Below the pieces are notes generated by a model that saw nothing but the letters and a program-made list of their open reading frames with translations, was not told the origin of the DNA and made no database searches. From contig JAXHLW010000013.1 of the NCBI GenBank assembly GCA_034521815.1, forward strand, positions 448,001-512,000: DNA of 64,000 nt, in the 5' to 3' direction. The position numbers and the translations under genes are program-made. The stretch comes from Trueperaceae bacterium. Lineage in GTDB: Bacteria > Deinococcota > Deinococci > Deinococcales > Trueperaceae. Below are positions 9,438-23,247 of this stretch, in pieces. Position 1 is the first letter of the stretch, and every line of letters begins with the position of its first letter.

Positions 9438-10961
9438 ATGGATCCCGATATCGCACCGCTGGCGCGACGCCTGGCGGAGGAGAACAACGTCGAGTGGCGA
9501 CGGCTGCAGGGTAGCGGGACCGACGGCCGGATCGTCGAACGCGACGTACTCGATTTCCTCGCGCGCGTCATGGCGGGCGACGAGGACGTGAATCCGACCC
9601 CGGAGCCGCTGCCGGAGGGCCTCGATGCGTGGACCGACGACGCCGGCCGTCCGCTGGGCAAGGCGGCGGCCAGCACCCGCGACGGACGACCGTCCGACGA
9701 CGCCACGCCCGACGACACGACGCGCGACGACACGACGCGCGACGACACGACGCGCGACGACGAGAGAACCGACGACGATGCGGCCGACGAGGACGATCTG
9801 CTGCTCGCAGGCGACGACCTACTGCAGGACGCCGACCTCGGAAGGGGCGATGGCGCCGAGGAAGACCTGCTCCTCGCCGGCGGCACGGACGCCGTTCGCG
9901 ACGCATCCGGTCCCGGCGACGCTGGCGAGGATCCGGACGCGCTTCCCGACCTGTTCGACGAGCGCGACGCACCGCCGAGAGGCTCGGACGGCGCTCCCGA
10001 CCTGTTCGTCGACGACGACGCCGACGACCGCGGGGGCGATGCGTTCGACTTCGGTGGGCTGCCCGGTGCCGACAGGCGTCGCCCCGCCGATGAAGACCAG
10101 GACGCGACGATGGACAGGGGACGGGCGTCCGACTCGTACATGGTCGGCGACGATGCCGACGCGCTTTCCTTCGGCGACAGCGAGGCGAGCGGCGTGAACG
10201 ACGAGACTGCTCACGACGAGGTCGCCCGCGACGGGTTCGCCCACGACGAGATCGAGATGGACGATCCCGAGATCGACGCGGCCGAGGCCGATTCGACCAC
10301 GAAGGATCACGTCGATCGCAGGACGCCGGTTCCGACCGAGGTTCGGCAGGAGGCGGCCCTGCCGTTCGAGGAACGCGGCGACGACGCCGTTCCGACCACG
10401 GAATCCGCCTCGGCCGTGCCTAGCGCCGCCGACGTGCAGCGCTGGCCCCTGGCTCGGACCCGGACCGTCGTTCGTCGTCACGTGGACGTCGGCGAGCTGC
10501 TCGCCGTGCGCCGCAGCGTGGCGCTCGAAGCCGGGATGGACGACGTCGCGGCCGTCGCCGTCCTCTACCTCGCGGCCAAGCGAGCGGTCGGACAGCTGAA
10601 TGTCGAGAGGCCGGGAATCGCTCTACCGGACGGGTCGGGCGGCGTGATCGCCATCGTTCCCGAGCACGATGGTCTCGCCGAGGCGGGCCGTGCGGTGGAC
10701 GGTGCGGCACGAGGGTCGCGAGACCTGGAGAGCGCGGACGCCGATCTGTGGGTCGTCGACCTCGCCGGTGTCGGCGTGGACGAGGCGGTCCTGGACACGG
10801 AGGTCGCCCAGCTCGTGCTCGGCCGGCTGTTGAGCGACGACTCGGACGGCTCGGTGCGCGCCACGATGTCGCTGGTGGCCGACGTTCCGGTCGAGCGAGG
10901 CGCGGCGTTCCTGGCCCGCGTCGCCGATCTTCTCGAGGACCCGCTTCGGCTTCTGGCTTAG
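9438..10961 (+). CDS. E3-binding-domain protein with acidic linker and degenerate E2 acyltransferase-like C-terminal domain
   Basis: PLARRLAEENNV..LQGSGTDGRIVERDV (peripheral subunit-binding domain); C-terminus AAFLARVADLLEDPLRLL; GGAGGAGG SD. Confidence 0.8.
   Translation: MDPDIAPLARRLAEENNVEWRRLQGSGTDGRIVERDVLDFLARVMAGDEDVNPTPEPLPEGLDAWTDDAGRPLGKAAASTRDGRPSDDATPDDTTRDDTTRDDTTRDDERTDDDAADEDDLLLAGDDLLQDADLGRGDGAEEDLLLAGGTDAVRDASGPGDAGEDPDALPDLFDERDAPPRGSDGAPDLFVDDDADDRGGDAFDFGGLPGADRRRPADEDQDATMDRGRASDSYMVGDDADALSFGDSEASGVNDETAHDEVARDGFAHDEIEMDDPEIDAAEADSTTKDHVDRRTPVPTEVRQEAALPFEERGDDAVPTTESASAVPSAADVQRWPLARTRTVVRRHVDVGELLAVRRSVALEAGMDDVAAVAVLYLAAKRAVGQLNVERPGIALPDGSGGVIAIVPEHDGLAEAGRAVDGAARGSRDLESADADLWVVDLAGVGVDEAVLDTEVAQLVLGRLLSDDSDGSVRATMSLVADVPVERGAAFLARVADLLEDPLRLLA
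9696..9755 (+). repeat. in-frame 15-nt repeat (DDTTR x3 plus DDATP)
   Basis: GACGACACGACGCGC at 9711, 9726 and 9741. Confidence 0.9.
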
Positions 10962-10987
10962 GTCTCGTCCCAGGCACACGTTCGCGA

Positions 10988-11014
10988 AGCGCCCGCTCGT
11001 CTCGAGCGGGCGCT
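10988..11014. terminator. hairpin between convergent genes
   Basis: AGCGCCCGCTCG-tct-CGAGCGGGCGCT. Confidence 0.65.
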
Positions 11015-11017
11015 CGC

Positions 11018-11278
11018 TCAGGCCGGCTCCACGGGAAGCAACGCCCACAACAGCAGGTAGCCGGGCACCGTGATGCCCAGCGACAGCGGAACGGTGAGCG
11101 CGAACACGAGTCGCACCCGACGGGGGTCGGCGCCCGTGAACGCCGCGACGCCCCCTGCGACGCCCGCGATACGACGGTCGGTCCGGCTTCGCTGGAGGCG
11201 CTCCGCCCCGGTCGGTCGACGAGCGCGTCGCTGGTCGTGAGGCAGCGGATCGTGCGTCGCTTCGGCTCGATCGTTCAT
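11018..11278 (-). CDS. PspC-domain protein
   Basis: RLQRSRTDRRIAGVAGGVA..DPRRVRL..YLLLWALLP. Confidence 0.85.
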   Translation of the reverse strand: MNDRAEATHDPLPHDQRRARRPTGAERLQRSRTDRRIAGVAGGVAAFTGADPRRVRLVFALTVPLSLGITVPGYLLLWALLPVEPA

Positions 11279-11697
11279 TCAGGGTCTCCTGCGACGCCTC
11301 CTGCGACGCCTCCTGCGACGTCTCCTGCGACGTCGCCTGCGACGTCGACAGGTGGTTCGTCGTGCCGTCCGGCGAGCGGGATCGTAGGCGCGAGCGACGG
11401 GTTCCGTAGCGCCGCGTGGACGCGGGCCTCGAGCTCGCGGACGTCGACGCCGGCCCAGCGATCGGGCACCAGGGCGAGGTGCCGAAGCGCCTTGGCGTAG
11501 TTGCGTCGCCCGCCGCGTGGGCTTCCCATCGCGCGGGCCTTGTGGAGCGCAGCGGCGAGCAGGATGACGCCGGCCAGGAATCGTCGCTCGGTGCCGTCCG
11601 CCGCGAGCCAGGCGGGCTCGAGCGCCTCGTGACAGTCCCAGAACGCGCCCCGGTCGAACAGGCGCCGTCCTTCGTTCCAGGCGGCGGTATCGGTCAT
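11275..11697 (-). CDS. DUF309-family protein
   Basis: GRRLFDRGAFWDCHEALEPAW...GVILLAAALH; leaderless TATGCT-N7-ATG at 11697. Confidence 0.85.
   Translation of the reverse strand: MTDTAAWNEGRRLFDRGAFWDCHEALEPAWLAADGTERRFLAGVILLAAALHKARAMGSPRGGRRNYAKALRHLALVPDRWAGVDVRELEARVHAALRNPSLAPTIPLAGRHDEPPVDVAGDVAGDVAGGVAGGVAGDPE
11285..11344 (-). repeat. in-frame 12-nt repeat x5 ((D/G)VAG) in the DUF309 tail, also carrying the pspC SD
   Basis: YCTCCTGCGACG units at 11285, 11297, 11309, 11321 and 11333. Confidence 0.9.
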
Positions 11698-11741
11698 GCG
11701 CCCGAGCATAGCGGGCCAGGGGGCCGCGGTAGCATGGCCGG

Positions 11742-12335
11742 ATGACGTCCCCCATGCCTCCACGCCTGATCATCGCCGTCAGCGGCGGCAGCGGCATCGT
11801 GTACGCGTTCGACCTTCTCGAGGCGCTCGCGGCGGCGCCGGTCGAGACGCATCTGGTGGTCACGGCGGGCGCGAAGCAGGTGCTGCCGAGCGAGACCGAC
11901 CGGACGTACCACGACCTCGTCGCGTTGGCGGACGACGTCCACGACGACCGCGACCTGGGTGCGGGCATCGCGTCGGGCTCGTTCCGGGCCGCGGGAATGG
12001 TCATCGTTCCCTGCAGCGCCGGCACGCTGGCCAAGGTGGCGCTGGGCATGACGGACAACCTGGTGTCGCGTGCGGCCCACGTGACGCTCAAGGAGCGGCG
12101 CCCCCTGGCGCTGGTCGTCCGCGAGGCGCCGTATTCGCGGCCGATGCTCGAGAACATGCTGCGCGCGCACGACGCGGGCGCGACGATCGTTCCCGCGTCG
12201 CCCGGCTTCTACCATCGTCCGGACGATCTTCCCGCGCTGATCGGCTCGGTCACCGCCCGCGTCCTCGACCATCTCGGGGTCGAGAATTCGAGGAGTCCGC
12301 GCTGGAAGGACGTGCCGAGCTCGGAGGGGCCATGA
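11742..12335 (+). CDS. ubiX: flavin prenyltransferase
   Basis: SGGSG, IASGS, PCSAGTL, LKERRPL, RE.P, PGFYHRP; TAGCAT-N6-ATG. Confidence 0.93.
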   Translation: MTSPMPPRLIIAVSGGSGIVYAFDLLEALAAAPVETHLVVTAGAKQVLPSETDRTYHDLVALADDVHDDRDLGAGIASGSFRAAGMVIVPCSAGTLAKVALGMTDNLVSRAAHVTLKERRPLALVVREAPYSRPMLENMLRAHDAGATIVPASPGFYHRPDDLPALIGSVTARVLDHLGVENSRSPRWKDVPSSEGP

Positions 12336-13006
12336 GCCGCGCCACGAGCAGCGTCGCGGCGCTGGTGCCCGCGGCGGGGTCGGGCAGCCGCCTGGGGTTG
12401 GGCCCCAAGGCGTTCGTGCGTCTCGCGGGACGGACGCTGATCGAGCATGCGGCGTGGCTGCTGGCCGGCGAGGTGGACGAGGTGCTGATCGCCGTCCCGG
12501 ACGGATGGGTCGCCGACGCTGCCCGGTTGGTGCCGCACGCGCGCGTCCTCCTCGGCGGGCAGACGCGGCAAGAGACGGTCGAGCGGCTCGCGAGCGCGAC
12601 CGATGCCGAGTGGGTCGTGGTGCACGACGCCGCGCGGCCGTTGACGCCCGGTGACGTCGTCCGGCGCGTTCTCGAGGCGGCCCAGCGCGCCGGCGCCGCG
12701 TCCGCTGCGGTCGAGGTCGCCGACACGCTCCACGACACGGACCTCGACGCTCCGGTCGCCCGTGAGGCGCTGCGAGCCGTGCAGACGCCGCAGGCGTTCG
12801 CTCGGCGACGGCTGCTCGAGGCGCACCGCTCGGCCCGGGTCGCCGGCACGGGGGCGACGGACGACGCCCAGCTGATCCGTGCGGCGGGCGGAACGGTCGA
12901 GCTCGTGCCTGGAAGCCCCTGGTCGCACAAGCTCACCCGCGCCGCCGACCTGCCGTGGCTCGAGGCGGTCGCCCGCGGTCGCGACGCGGTTTCCGACGGC
13001 TCATGA
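12332..13006 (+). CDS. ispD: 2-C-methyl-D-erythritol 4-phosphate cytidylyltransferase
   Basis: PAAGSGSRLG..PKAF, GGQTRQ, VHDAARP, VQTPQAF, TDDA. Confidence 0.93.
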   Translation: MSRATSSVAALVPAAGSGSRLGLGPKAFVRLAGRTLIEHAAWLLAGEVDEVLIAVPDGWVADAARLVPHARVLLGGQTRQETVERLASATDAEWVVVHDAARPLTPGDVVRRVLEAAQRAGAASAAVEVADTLHDTDLDAPVAREALRAVQTPQAFARRRLLEAHRSARVAGTGATDDAQLIRAAGGTVELVPGSPWSHKLTRAADLPWLEAVARGRDAVSDGS

Positions 13007-13899
13007 GCGACGCTCCCGAGGTCGTCACGGTCGTCGCCCCGGCGAAGGTGAACCTGGGGCTGCGCGTGTCCGCGCGCCGAGGCGACGGCTACCACGAGAT
13101 CGACACGCTGTTCGCGACCGTCGAGATCGGCGACCGGCTTCGGCTCTCACGCACCGGGACCGGCGTGAGCGGCGTCGTGACCGATCGCCGCGAGCCGGGC
13201 TCCGGGGCGGAGGAGGTTCCGCCGATGGGGCCTGCGAACCTCGCGTTCCGCGCCGCCGACGCCTGGCTCGAGGCTGCCGGACGGCCCGGCGGGGTGCACG
13301 TCGAGCTGGAGAAGCAGCTGCCGATCGCGGCCGGTCTGGGTGGAGGCAGCAGCGACGCAGGCGCCGTGATCCGGGCGATGGCTCGGCTCTGGCCGGCTGC
13401 GGTGGATCCGATCGCCATCGCCAAACGCCTCGGGAGCGACGTACCGTTCTTCGCGTCGGGGCACGCCGTGGCGCGCGGCAGGGGGCGGGGCGAGAAGCTC
13501 GCCCCGCGCGCGCTCCCGGCACGCTGGCTGGTTCTCGTGAATCCCGGCGTCGCGGTCCCGGTCGCCCAGGCGTACGGCGACCTGATGGCGTTCGGCCCAC
13601 CACAGGATTGGGACGCCGTGGCGAGCGCCTGGTCGGAGGGCCAGGCGCCGCGATGGCGGAACGACCTTCAGGCCGGCGTCCTGCGCCGGCATCCGGACGT
13701 GCGTGCAGCCTGGACCGCGCTGGGCCAGGCGGGGCTGGCCGCTCCGCTGCTGTCCGGCTCCGGCGCGACCTGTTTCGGCCTGGCGGACGGCGAGGAACAT
13801 GCCCGCCGCGTCGCGCGCGAGCTTAGGGCCGGTCGTCCCGACTGGTGGGTGATCGCGACCAGCGCCCCCGCACGGTCGGCGTTCGCCCAGGTGCGCTGA
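13003..13899 (+). CDS. ispE: 4-diphosphocytidyl-2-C-methyl-D-erythritol kinase
   Basis: APAKVNLGL, DGYHEI, PIAAGLGGGSSDA, GSDVPFF, SGSG. Confidence 0.95.
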   Translation: MSDAPEVVTVVAPAKVNLGLRVSARRGDGYHEIDTLFATVEIGDRLRLSRTGTGVSGVVTDRREPGSGAEEVPPMGPANLAFRAADAWLEAAGRPGGVHVELEKQLPIAAGLGGGSSDAGAVIRAMARLWPAAVDPIAIAKRLGSDVPFFASGHAVARGRGRGEKLAPRALPARWLVLVNPGVAVPVAQAYGDLMAFGPPQDWDAVASAWSEGQAPRWRNDLQAGVLRRHPDVRAAWTALGQAGLAAPLLSGSGATCFGLADGEEHARRVARELRAGRPDWWVIATSAPARSAFAQVR

Positions 13900-13908
13900 G
13901 GAGTCCGG

Positions 13909-14661
13909 CTAGACGACGTGCTCCTTGTCCGGGTTCGGAACGGGCTCGAGGGAGGCCGGGTTCGGGCAGGTCGACGCGTCGCGGCGAACGCGCGCCTGCG
14001 CCCACTGACCCGCCTGCACGACGATCCGCCGTATCTCGGGGTGGTGGTACGTCGGGTAGCTCTCGTGGCCAGGACGGAAGTACACGACGCGGCCCAGGCC
14101 ACGTCGCCAGGTGCACAGGCTCCGGAACACCTCGCCGCCTTGGAACCAGCTGATCATCAGGAGCTCGTCCGGCTCGGGCACGTCGAAGCGCTCGCCGTAC
14201 ATCTCCTCCTGCGCCAGCTCGACGTGATCGGGGATGCCGGCGAGGATGGGATGGTCCGGACGCAGGTTCCAGAGCCGCTCCTTCTCGTCCGCCTCCCGCC
14301 AGGAGAGCGTGCCGTGCGTGCCCAGGACGCGCTTGAACACCTTCGACATGTGGCCCGAGTGCAGCATCACCAGGCCCATCCCCGACAGGACCGCCTCGTG
14401 CACCATCGCGGCGGTCTCGTCGGCGACCTCGTGATGGGCCTTGTGCGCCCACCAGAGCAGCACGTCGGTGTCGGCCAGGAGCGCGCGCGACAGGCCGTGA
14501 TCCGGCTCGCGCAGCGTCGCGGTTCGGACCTCGAAACCTCCTCGCTCGCGGAACGCGTCCGCGAGCGCGCCGTGGATGCCGTCCGGGTAGATGGTCCGGA
14601 CCGCCTCGTTCTCGACCTCGTGCAGGTACTCGTTCCAGATGACGACCTTCGTGTCGGACAC
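13909..14661 (-). CDS. thuA: ThuA-like trehalose utilisation protein
   Basis: WNEYLHE..YPDGIH, WWAH, LHSGH, EEMYGERFDVPEPD, FRPGHESYP. Confidence 0.88.
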   Translation of the reverse strand: MSDTKVVIWNEYLHEVENEAVRTIYPDGIHGALADAFRERGGFEVRTATLREPDHGLSRALLADTDVLLWWAHKAHHEVADETAAMVHEAVLSGMGLVMLHSGHMSKVFKRVLGTHGTLSWREADEKERLWNLRPDHPILAGIPDHVELAQEEMYGERFDVPEPDELLMISWFQGGEVFRSLCTWRRGLGRVVYFRPGHESYPTYHHPEIRRIVVQAGQWAQARVRRDASTCPNPASLEPVPNPDKEHVV

Positions 14662-14687
14662 CTTGGCCTCCTTCGTGCCCGAAGCGT

Positions 14688-14720
14688 ACCTCGGGGCGAG
14701 GCCAGGCCTCGCCCCGAGGT
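14688..14720. terminator. 15-bp hairpin after ilvD
   Basis: ACCTCGGGGCGAGGC-cag-GCCTCGCCCCGAGGT. Confidence 0.65.
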
Positions 14721-14753
14721 GGGACGCGAGCGTGGGCTGGCGCCGCTCGCTCG

Positions 14754-16465
14754 TCAGTCGGTGGTCGCCCCGCGGGCCGCGCTGCCCACCAGCTTGGCGT
14801 ACTTGGCCAGCACGCCACGCTGGTAGCGCGGCGTGGGCGGCTTCCAGGCGAGCCGTCGCTCCTCGAGGACCGCCTCGGCGACGTCCACCTCGAGCAGATG
14901 GTTCTCGGCGTCGATGGTGATCGGATCGCCCTCCGCGATCAGCGCCAGCGGACCGCCGACGGCCGCCTCGGGGGCGACGTGGCCGACGACCAGTCCGTAG
15001 GTGCCGCCCGAGAACCGCCCGTCGGTGATCAGCGCGACCTTGTCGCCCAGGCCCTTTCCGATGATCGCGCTCGTCGGTGCGAGCATCTCGCGCATGCCGG
15101 GCCCGCCGCGAGGTCCCTCGTAGCGAATCACGATCACGTCGCCCTCGCGGATCACGTCGCCCAGGATCGCGGTCATCGCGTCTTCCTCCGACTCGAAGAT
15201 CCGCGCCGGACCGGTCAGCTTCGTGGTCTTGAGGCCGCTGGTCTTGGCGACCGCCCCTTCGGGCGCGAGGTTTCCCTTGAGGATCGCCAGGTGCCCATGG
15301 GGGTACATCGGCCGGTCGATCGGCCGGACCACCTCCTGCCCTTCGGGAGGGTGCGCCGGCACGTCCGCCAGGTTCTCCGCCACCGTCTTGCCGGTGACCG
15401 TCGGCAGGTCGCCGTGCAGCAGCCCCGCCTCGAGCAGCATCTTCATCACCAGCGGGATGCCGCCGACCCGGTGCAGATCGGTCGCCACGTAGCGGCCCGA
15501 CGGCTTGAGGTCGGCGAAGTGCGGCGTGTCGGCTCGGATCCGCTCGAAGTCGTCCAGGTCCAGCTGGACCTCCGCGGCGTGGGCGGCCGCCAGCAGGTGC
15601 AGCACCGCGTTCGTCGAGCCGCCGACCGCCATGATCACCCGAATCGCGTTCTCGAACGCCTCCTTCGTCATCATCGTCCGGGCCGTGACGTTCTCACGCA
15701 CCAGCCGCAATAGCGCCTCGCCGCTCCGTTGGGCGCTCTCGCGCTTCTCGTCGTCCACCGCCGACATCGTCGACGAGTACGGCAGGCTCAGTCCCATCGC
15801 CTCGAACGCGCTGGACATGGTGTTCGCGGTGTACATGCCGCCGCAGCTGCCGTTGCCCGGACAGGCGTTCTTCTCGACCTCCCTCAGCGTCTCGAGCGGG
15901 ATGCGCCCGGCGGCGTGCTCGCCGACCGCCTCGAACACGCTGACGATCGTCAGGTCCTCGCCGTCCAGGTGCCCCGGCTTGATCGTTCCGCCGTACACGA
16001 AGATCGAGGGAAGGTCCAGTCTGGCCATCGCGATCATGGCGCCCGGCATGTTCTTGTCGCAGCCCCCGACGGCCAGGATGCCGTCGAGCGACTGGCCGCG
16101 ACAGACGGTCTCGATCGAGTCGGCGATCACCTCGCGCGACACCAGGCTGGCCTTCATGCCTTCGGTGCCCATGCTGATGCCGTCGCTGATGGTGATCGTG
16201 CCGAACATCTGCGGCATGCCGCCCGCCCCGCGGATCGCCGCGTCGGCGGCGTCCGCGAGGTCGCCCAGGCCCGCGTTGCACGGGGTGATCGTGCTGTGGC
16301 CGTTCGCGACGCCGACGATCGGCTTGTCGAAGTCGTCGTCGCCGAAGCCGACGGCGCGCAGCATGGCGCGATTGGGGGCGCGCTTCTCGCCCTGGGTGAC
16401 GACGCGGCTGTTGCGGTTGGCGGCGTCTCGGGGGGTGTCGCTAAGGGTGTCGCTCGGGGTGTCGC

Positions 16466-16469
<4 letters not shown>
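14754..16469 (-). CDS. ilvD: dihydroxy-acid dehydratase
   Basis: [47 protein letters not shown]. Confidence 0.97.
16431..16466 (-). repeat. in-frame 12-nt repeat x3 ([12 protein letters not shown]) directly after the ilvD ATG
   Basis: NRGGGTGTCGCT units at 16431, 16443 and 16455. Confidence 0.85.
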
Positions 16470-20818
<4,349 letters not shown>

Positions 20819-20902
20819 CGATGCTCCCTCGCTGGTCTTGGCGGTTGGACGGCGTAGCAGAACACGTCCTGGATGGGTGGCGGGTCAGGACGCGGGCCCG
20901 TA

Positions 20903-20942
20903 CACGGCACCGGCCCCCGTCGGTGCAGGGGCCGGTGCCGTG
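20903..20942 (-). terminator. 15-bp attenuator hairpin in the leu leader
   Basis: CACGGCACCGGCCCC-N10-GGGGCCGGTGCCGTG. The 5' arm can alternatively pair with GGGGCCGG at 20983-20990. Confidence 0.75.
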
Positions 20943-20974
20943 ACGTCGGCCGTCGGCGAGGACGGTGCGCGACG

Positions 20975-21067
20975 CTAGGCGTCCGGCCCCTCCCCGGCTA
21001 GCAGAACGGTCTGCCTCCAGCGAATGACGAGCAAGCGACGACGGATGTGGGTCGAGCCTCGGAACAT
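20975..21067 (-). CDS. leu-ilv operon leader peptide (30 aa)
   Basis: MFRGSTHIRRRLLVIRWRQTVLLAGEGPDA*; TATACT-N8-ATG; Leu/Val/Ile clusters using AT-rich codons TTG, ATT, GTT, CTA. Confidence 0.75.
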   Translation of the reverse strand: MFRGSTHIRRRLLVIRWRQTVLLAGEGPDA

Positions 21068-21147
21068 CGTCAGCGAGTATACGGAGGGGGCCCGTGAAGA
21101 TCAACAAGCTGGGCGCCCGGCGGTCCGAATCGGAGCGCCACGCCGCG

Positions 21148-21176
21148 TTGACCGGTCCGGAGCCGGGTGCTACCGT
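21148..21176 (+). promoter_or_regulatory. sigma70-like promoter of the phnDCEE operon
   Basis: TTGACC-N17-TACCGT with a TG extension. Confidence 0.55.
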
Positions 21177-21323
21177 TACCTCACGTTCCAGTTCGGACGC
21201 AGTCGCCGTCGTACGGCGGCTGGCAGGCCCGTCGCGCGGCCCGACGCCACGACGACGGAGCGTGGCCACTGAGGTCGCCGTCGGGCTGGAGCTCGCAACC
21301 GAGGCACGGCCAAGGAGGCCCCC

Positions 21324-22328
21324 ATGCGTCAGACAGGACCGCACCATCGAATCTCGATCGCACCGTGGCTGGCGACGCTCGCCCTGCTGCTGTTCGCGCA
21401 GGCGGCGTTCGCGCAGAGCGACGACTGCCAGAACCGCGGCGCGCTCGACCAGATGTACTGCGACGAGAACGGCGACCTCGTCGCCGATCGCCCCGAGGAT
21501 CAGAGCGAGTGGCTGAACCCCGACACCATCGTGTTCGCCTACACGCCGGTCGAGGATCCCGCCATCTACCAGGACATCTGGCAGCCGTTCATCGATCACC
21601 TCTCCGAGGTGACCGGGCGGAACGTCCGCTTCTTCGCCGTGCAGTCGAACTCGGCGCAGGTCGAGGCGATGCGCAGCGGCCGGCTTCACGTCGCCGGCTT
21701 CTCGACCGGTCCGACGCCGTTCGCGGTGAACCTGGCCGGCTACGTGCCGTTCGCGCTGATGGGCAGCGACGACGGCCGCTTCGGCTACACCCTGCAGCTC
21801 TACACCCGCGTGGACAGCGGCATCGATTCGATGGAAGACCTGGCCGGCAAGCGGATCGCGCACACCTCGCCCACCTCCAACTCGGGCAACCAGGCGCCGC
21901 GCGCGCTGTTCCCGCGCGAGGGCATCGTGCCTGGCGAGGACTACGAGGTCGTCTACTCCGGTAGCCACGATCAGTCGATGCTGGGCGTGGTGGCCGGCGA
22001 CTACGACGCCGCGCCGGTCGCGTCCGAGGTCGTCGACCGCATGGCGGAGCGCGGCCTCTACGATCCGGACGAGGTCAAGATCATCTTCGAGTCGAGCTCG
22101 TTCCCGACCACCTCGTACGGCTACGCCCACAACCTCCACCCCGACCTCGCGGCCAGCATCGAAGAGGCGTTCTTCAGCTTCGACTTCGAAGGCACCGAGC
22201 TCGGTGAGGAGTTCGGAGGGGTCGAGCAGTTCATCCCGATCACCTACCAGGAGGACTGGGAGGTCATCCGCACGATCCAGTCCGCCAACGGCGTCGAGTA
22301 CACGCCCGAAGGCCTGGCGAACGAGTAG
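21324..22328 (+). CDS. phnD: phosphate/phosphite/phosphonate ABC substrate-binding protein
   Basis: Signal peptide; VEAMRSGRLH, SPTSNSG, YSGSHDQS. Confidence 0.9.
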   Translation: MRQTGPHHRISIAPWLATLALLLFAQAAFAQSDDCQNRGALDQMYCDENGDLVADRPEDQSEWLNPDTIVFAYTPVEDPAIYQDIWQPFIDHLSEVTGRNVRFFAVQSNSAQVEAMRSGRLHVAGFSTGPTPFAVNLAGYVPFALMGSDDGRFGYTLQLYTRVDSGIDSMEDLAGKRIAHTSPTSNSGNQAPRALFPREGIVPGEDYEVVYSGSHDQSMLGVVAGDYDAAPVASEVVDRMAERGLYDPDEVKIIFESSSFPTTSYGYAHNLHPDLAASIEEAFFSFDFEGTELGEEFGGVEQFIPITYQEDWEVIRTIQSANGVEYTPEGLANE

Positions 22329-22389
22329 GCGCTCATAGCCTGCTGGCGCCGCGGGCGGCTCGGTTCGAGTCGAGCAGCCGCGACGCCGT

Positions 22390-22423
22390 CCGGGCCGGTC
22401 CCGCCACGGCGGGACCGGCCCGG
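22390..22423. terminator. 15-bp intercistronic hairpin between phnD and phnC
   Basis: CCGGGCCGGTCCCGC-cacg-GCGGGACCGGCCCGG, followed by TTT. Confidence 0.6.
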
Positions 22424-22452
22424 TTTCGTGCCAGATATGCGACGATGCTTTC

Positions 22453-23247
22453 ATGCTGGAAATCCAAGATCTCGTCAAGCGCTACGGCGACGGCGACCCG
22501 GTGCTGAGGGGTCTCGACCTCTCCGTCGCGGAGAAGAGCGTCACGGCCGTGATCGGGTCGTCGGGCGCAGGGAAGAGCACGCTGCTTCGGTGCGTCAATC
22601 GTCTGGTCGAGCCCACCTCGGGCTCGATTCGCTTGAACGGGATGGAGCTGACCACGCTGCGCGGCGGCGAGCTACGCCGCGCGCGACGTCGCATCGGCAT
22701 GGTGTTCCAAGGGTTCAACCTGCTGGAGCGCCTGACGGTGATGGAGAACGTGCTGGCCGGTCGGCTGGGCTACGTCGGGTTCTTTCCGGCGCTGCTGCGG
22801 CGGTACCCGCAGGAGGACGTCGACCGTGCCTACGGCCTGCTGAAGCGCGTGGGGCTCGCCAAGTACGTCAACACCCGCGCCGACGCCCTGTCGGGGGGCG
22901 AGCGTCAACGCGTCGGCGTGGTCCGCGCCCTGATGCAGGAGCCCGAGATCCTGCTGGCCGACGAGCCGACGGCGTCGCTGGACCCGAAGACGGCCGAGGG
23001 CATCATGCATCTGATGCGCGACCTCTCGGCCGAGCTGTCGCTGCCGGTGCTGATCAACATCCACAACGTGGCGCAGGCGAAGACGTACGCCGAGCGTATC
23101 GTCGGCCTCCGGCACGGTCTCATCATCTTCGATGACGTCCCAGAGGCGTTGGACGACGAAGCGTTCGATCGGATCTACGAAGGCGACGAGGCGGGGGCGG
23201 CTAAAGCGTTGGGCGAGGAGCGAGACGACGCAGCGGTGAAGGCGTGA
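22453..23247 (+). CDS. phnC: phosphonate ABC ATP-binding protein
   Basis: GSSGAGKST, LSGGERQRV, LADEPTASLDP, NIH. Confidence 0.92.
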   Translation: MLEIQDLVKRYGDGDPVLRGLDLSVAEKSVTAVIGSSGAGKSTLLRCVNRLVEPTSGSIRLNGMELTTLRGGELRRARRRIGMVFQGFNLLERLTVMENVLAGRLGYVGFFPALLRRYPQEDVDRAYGLLKRVGLAKYVNTRADALSGGERQRVGVVRALMQEPEILLADEPTASLDPKTAEGIMHLMRDLSAELSLPVLINIHNVAQAKTYAERIVGLRHGLIIFDDVPEALDDEAFDRIYEGDEAGAAKALGEERDDAAVKA

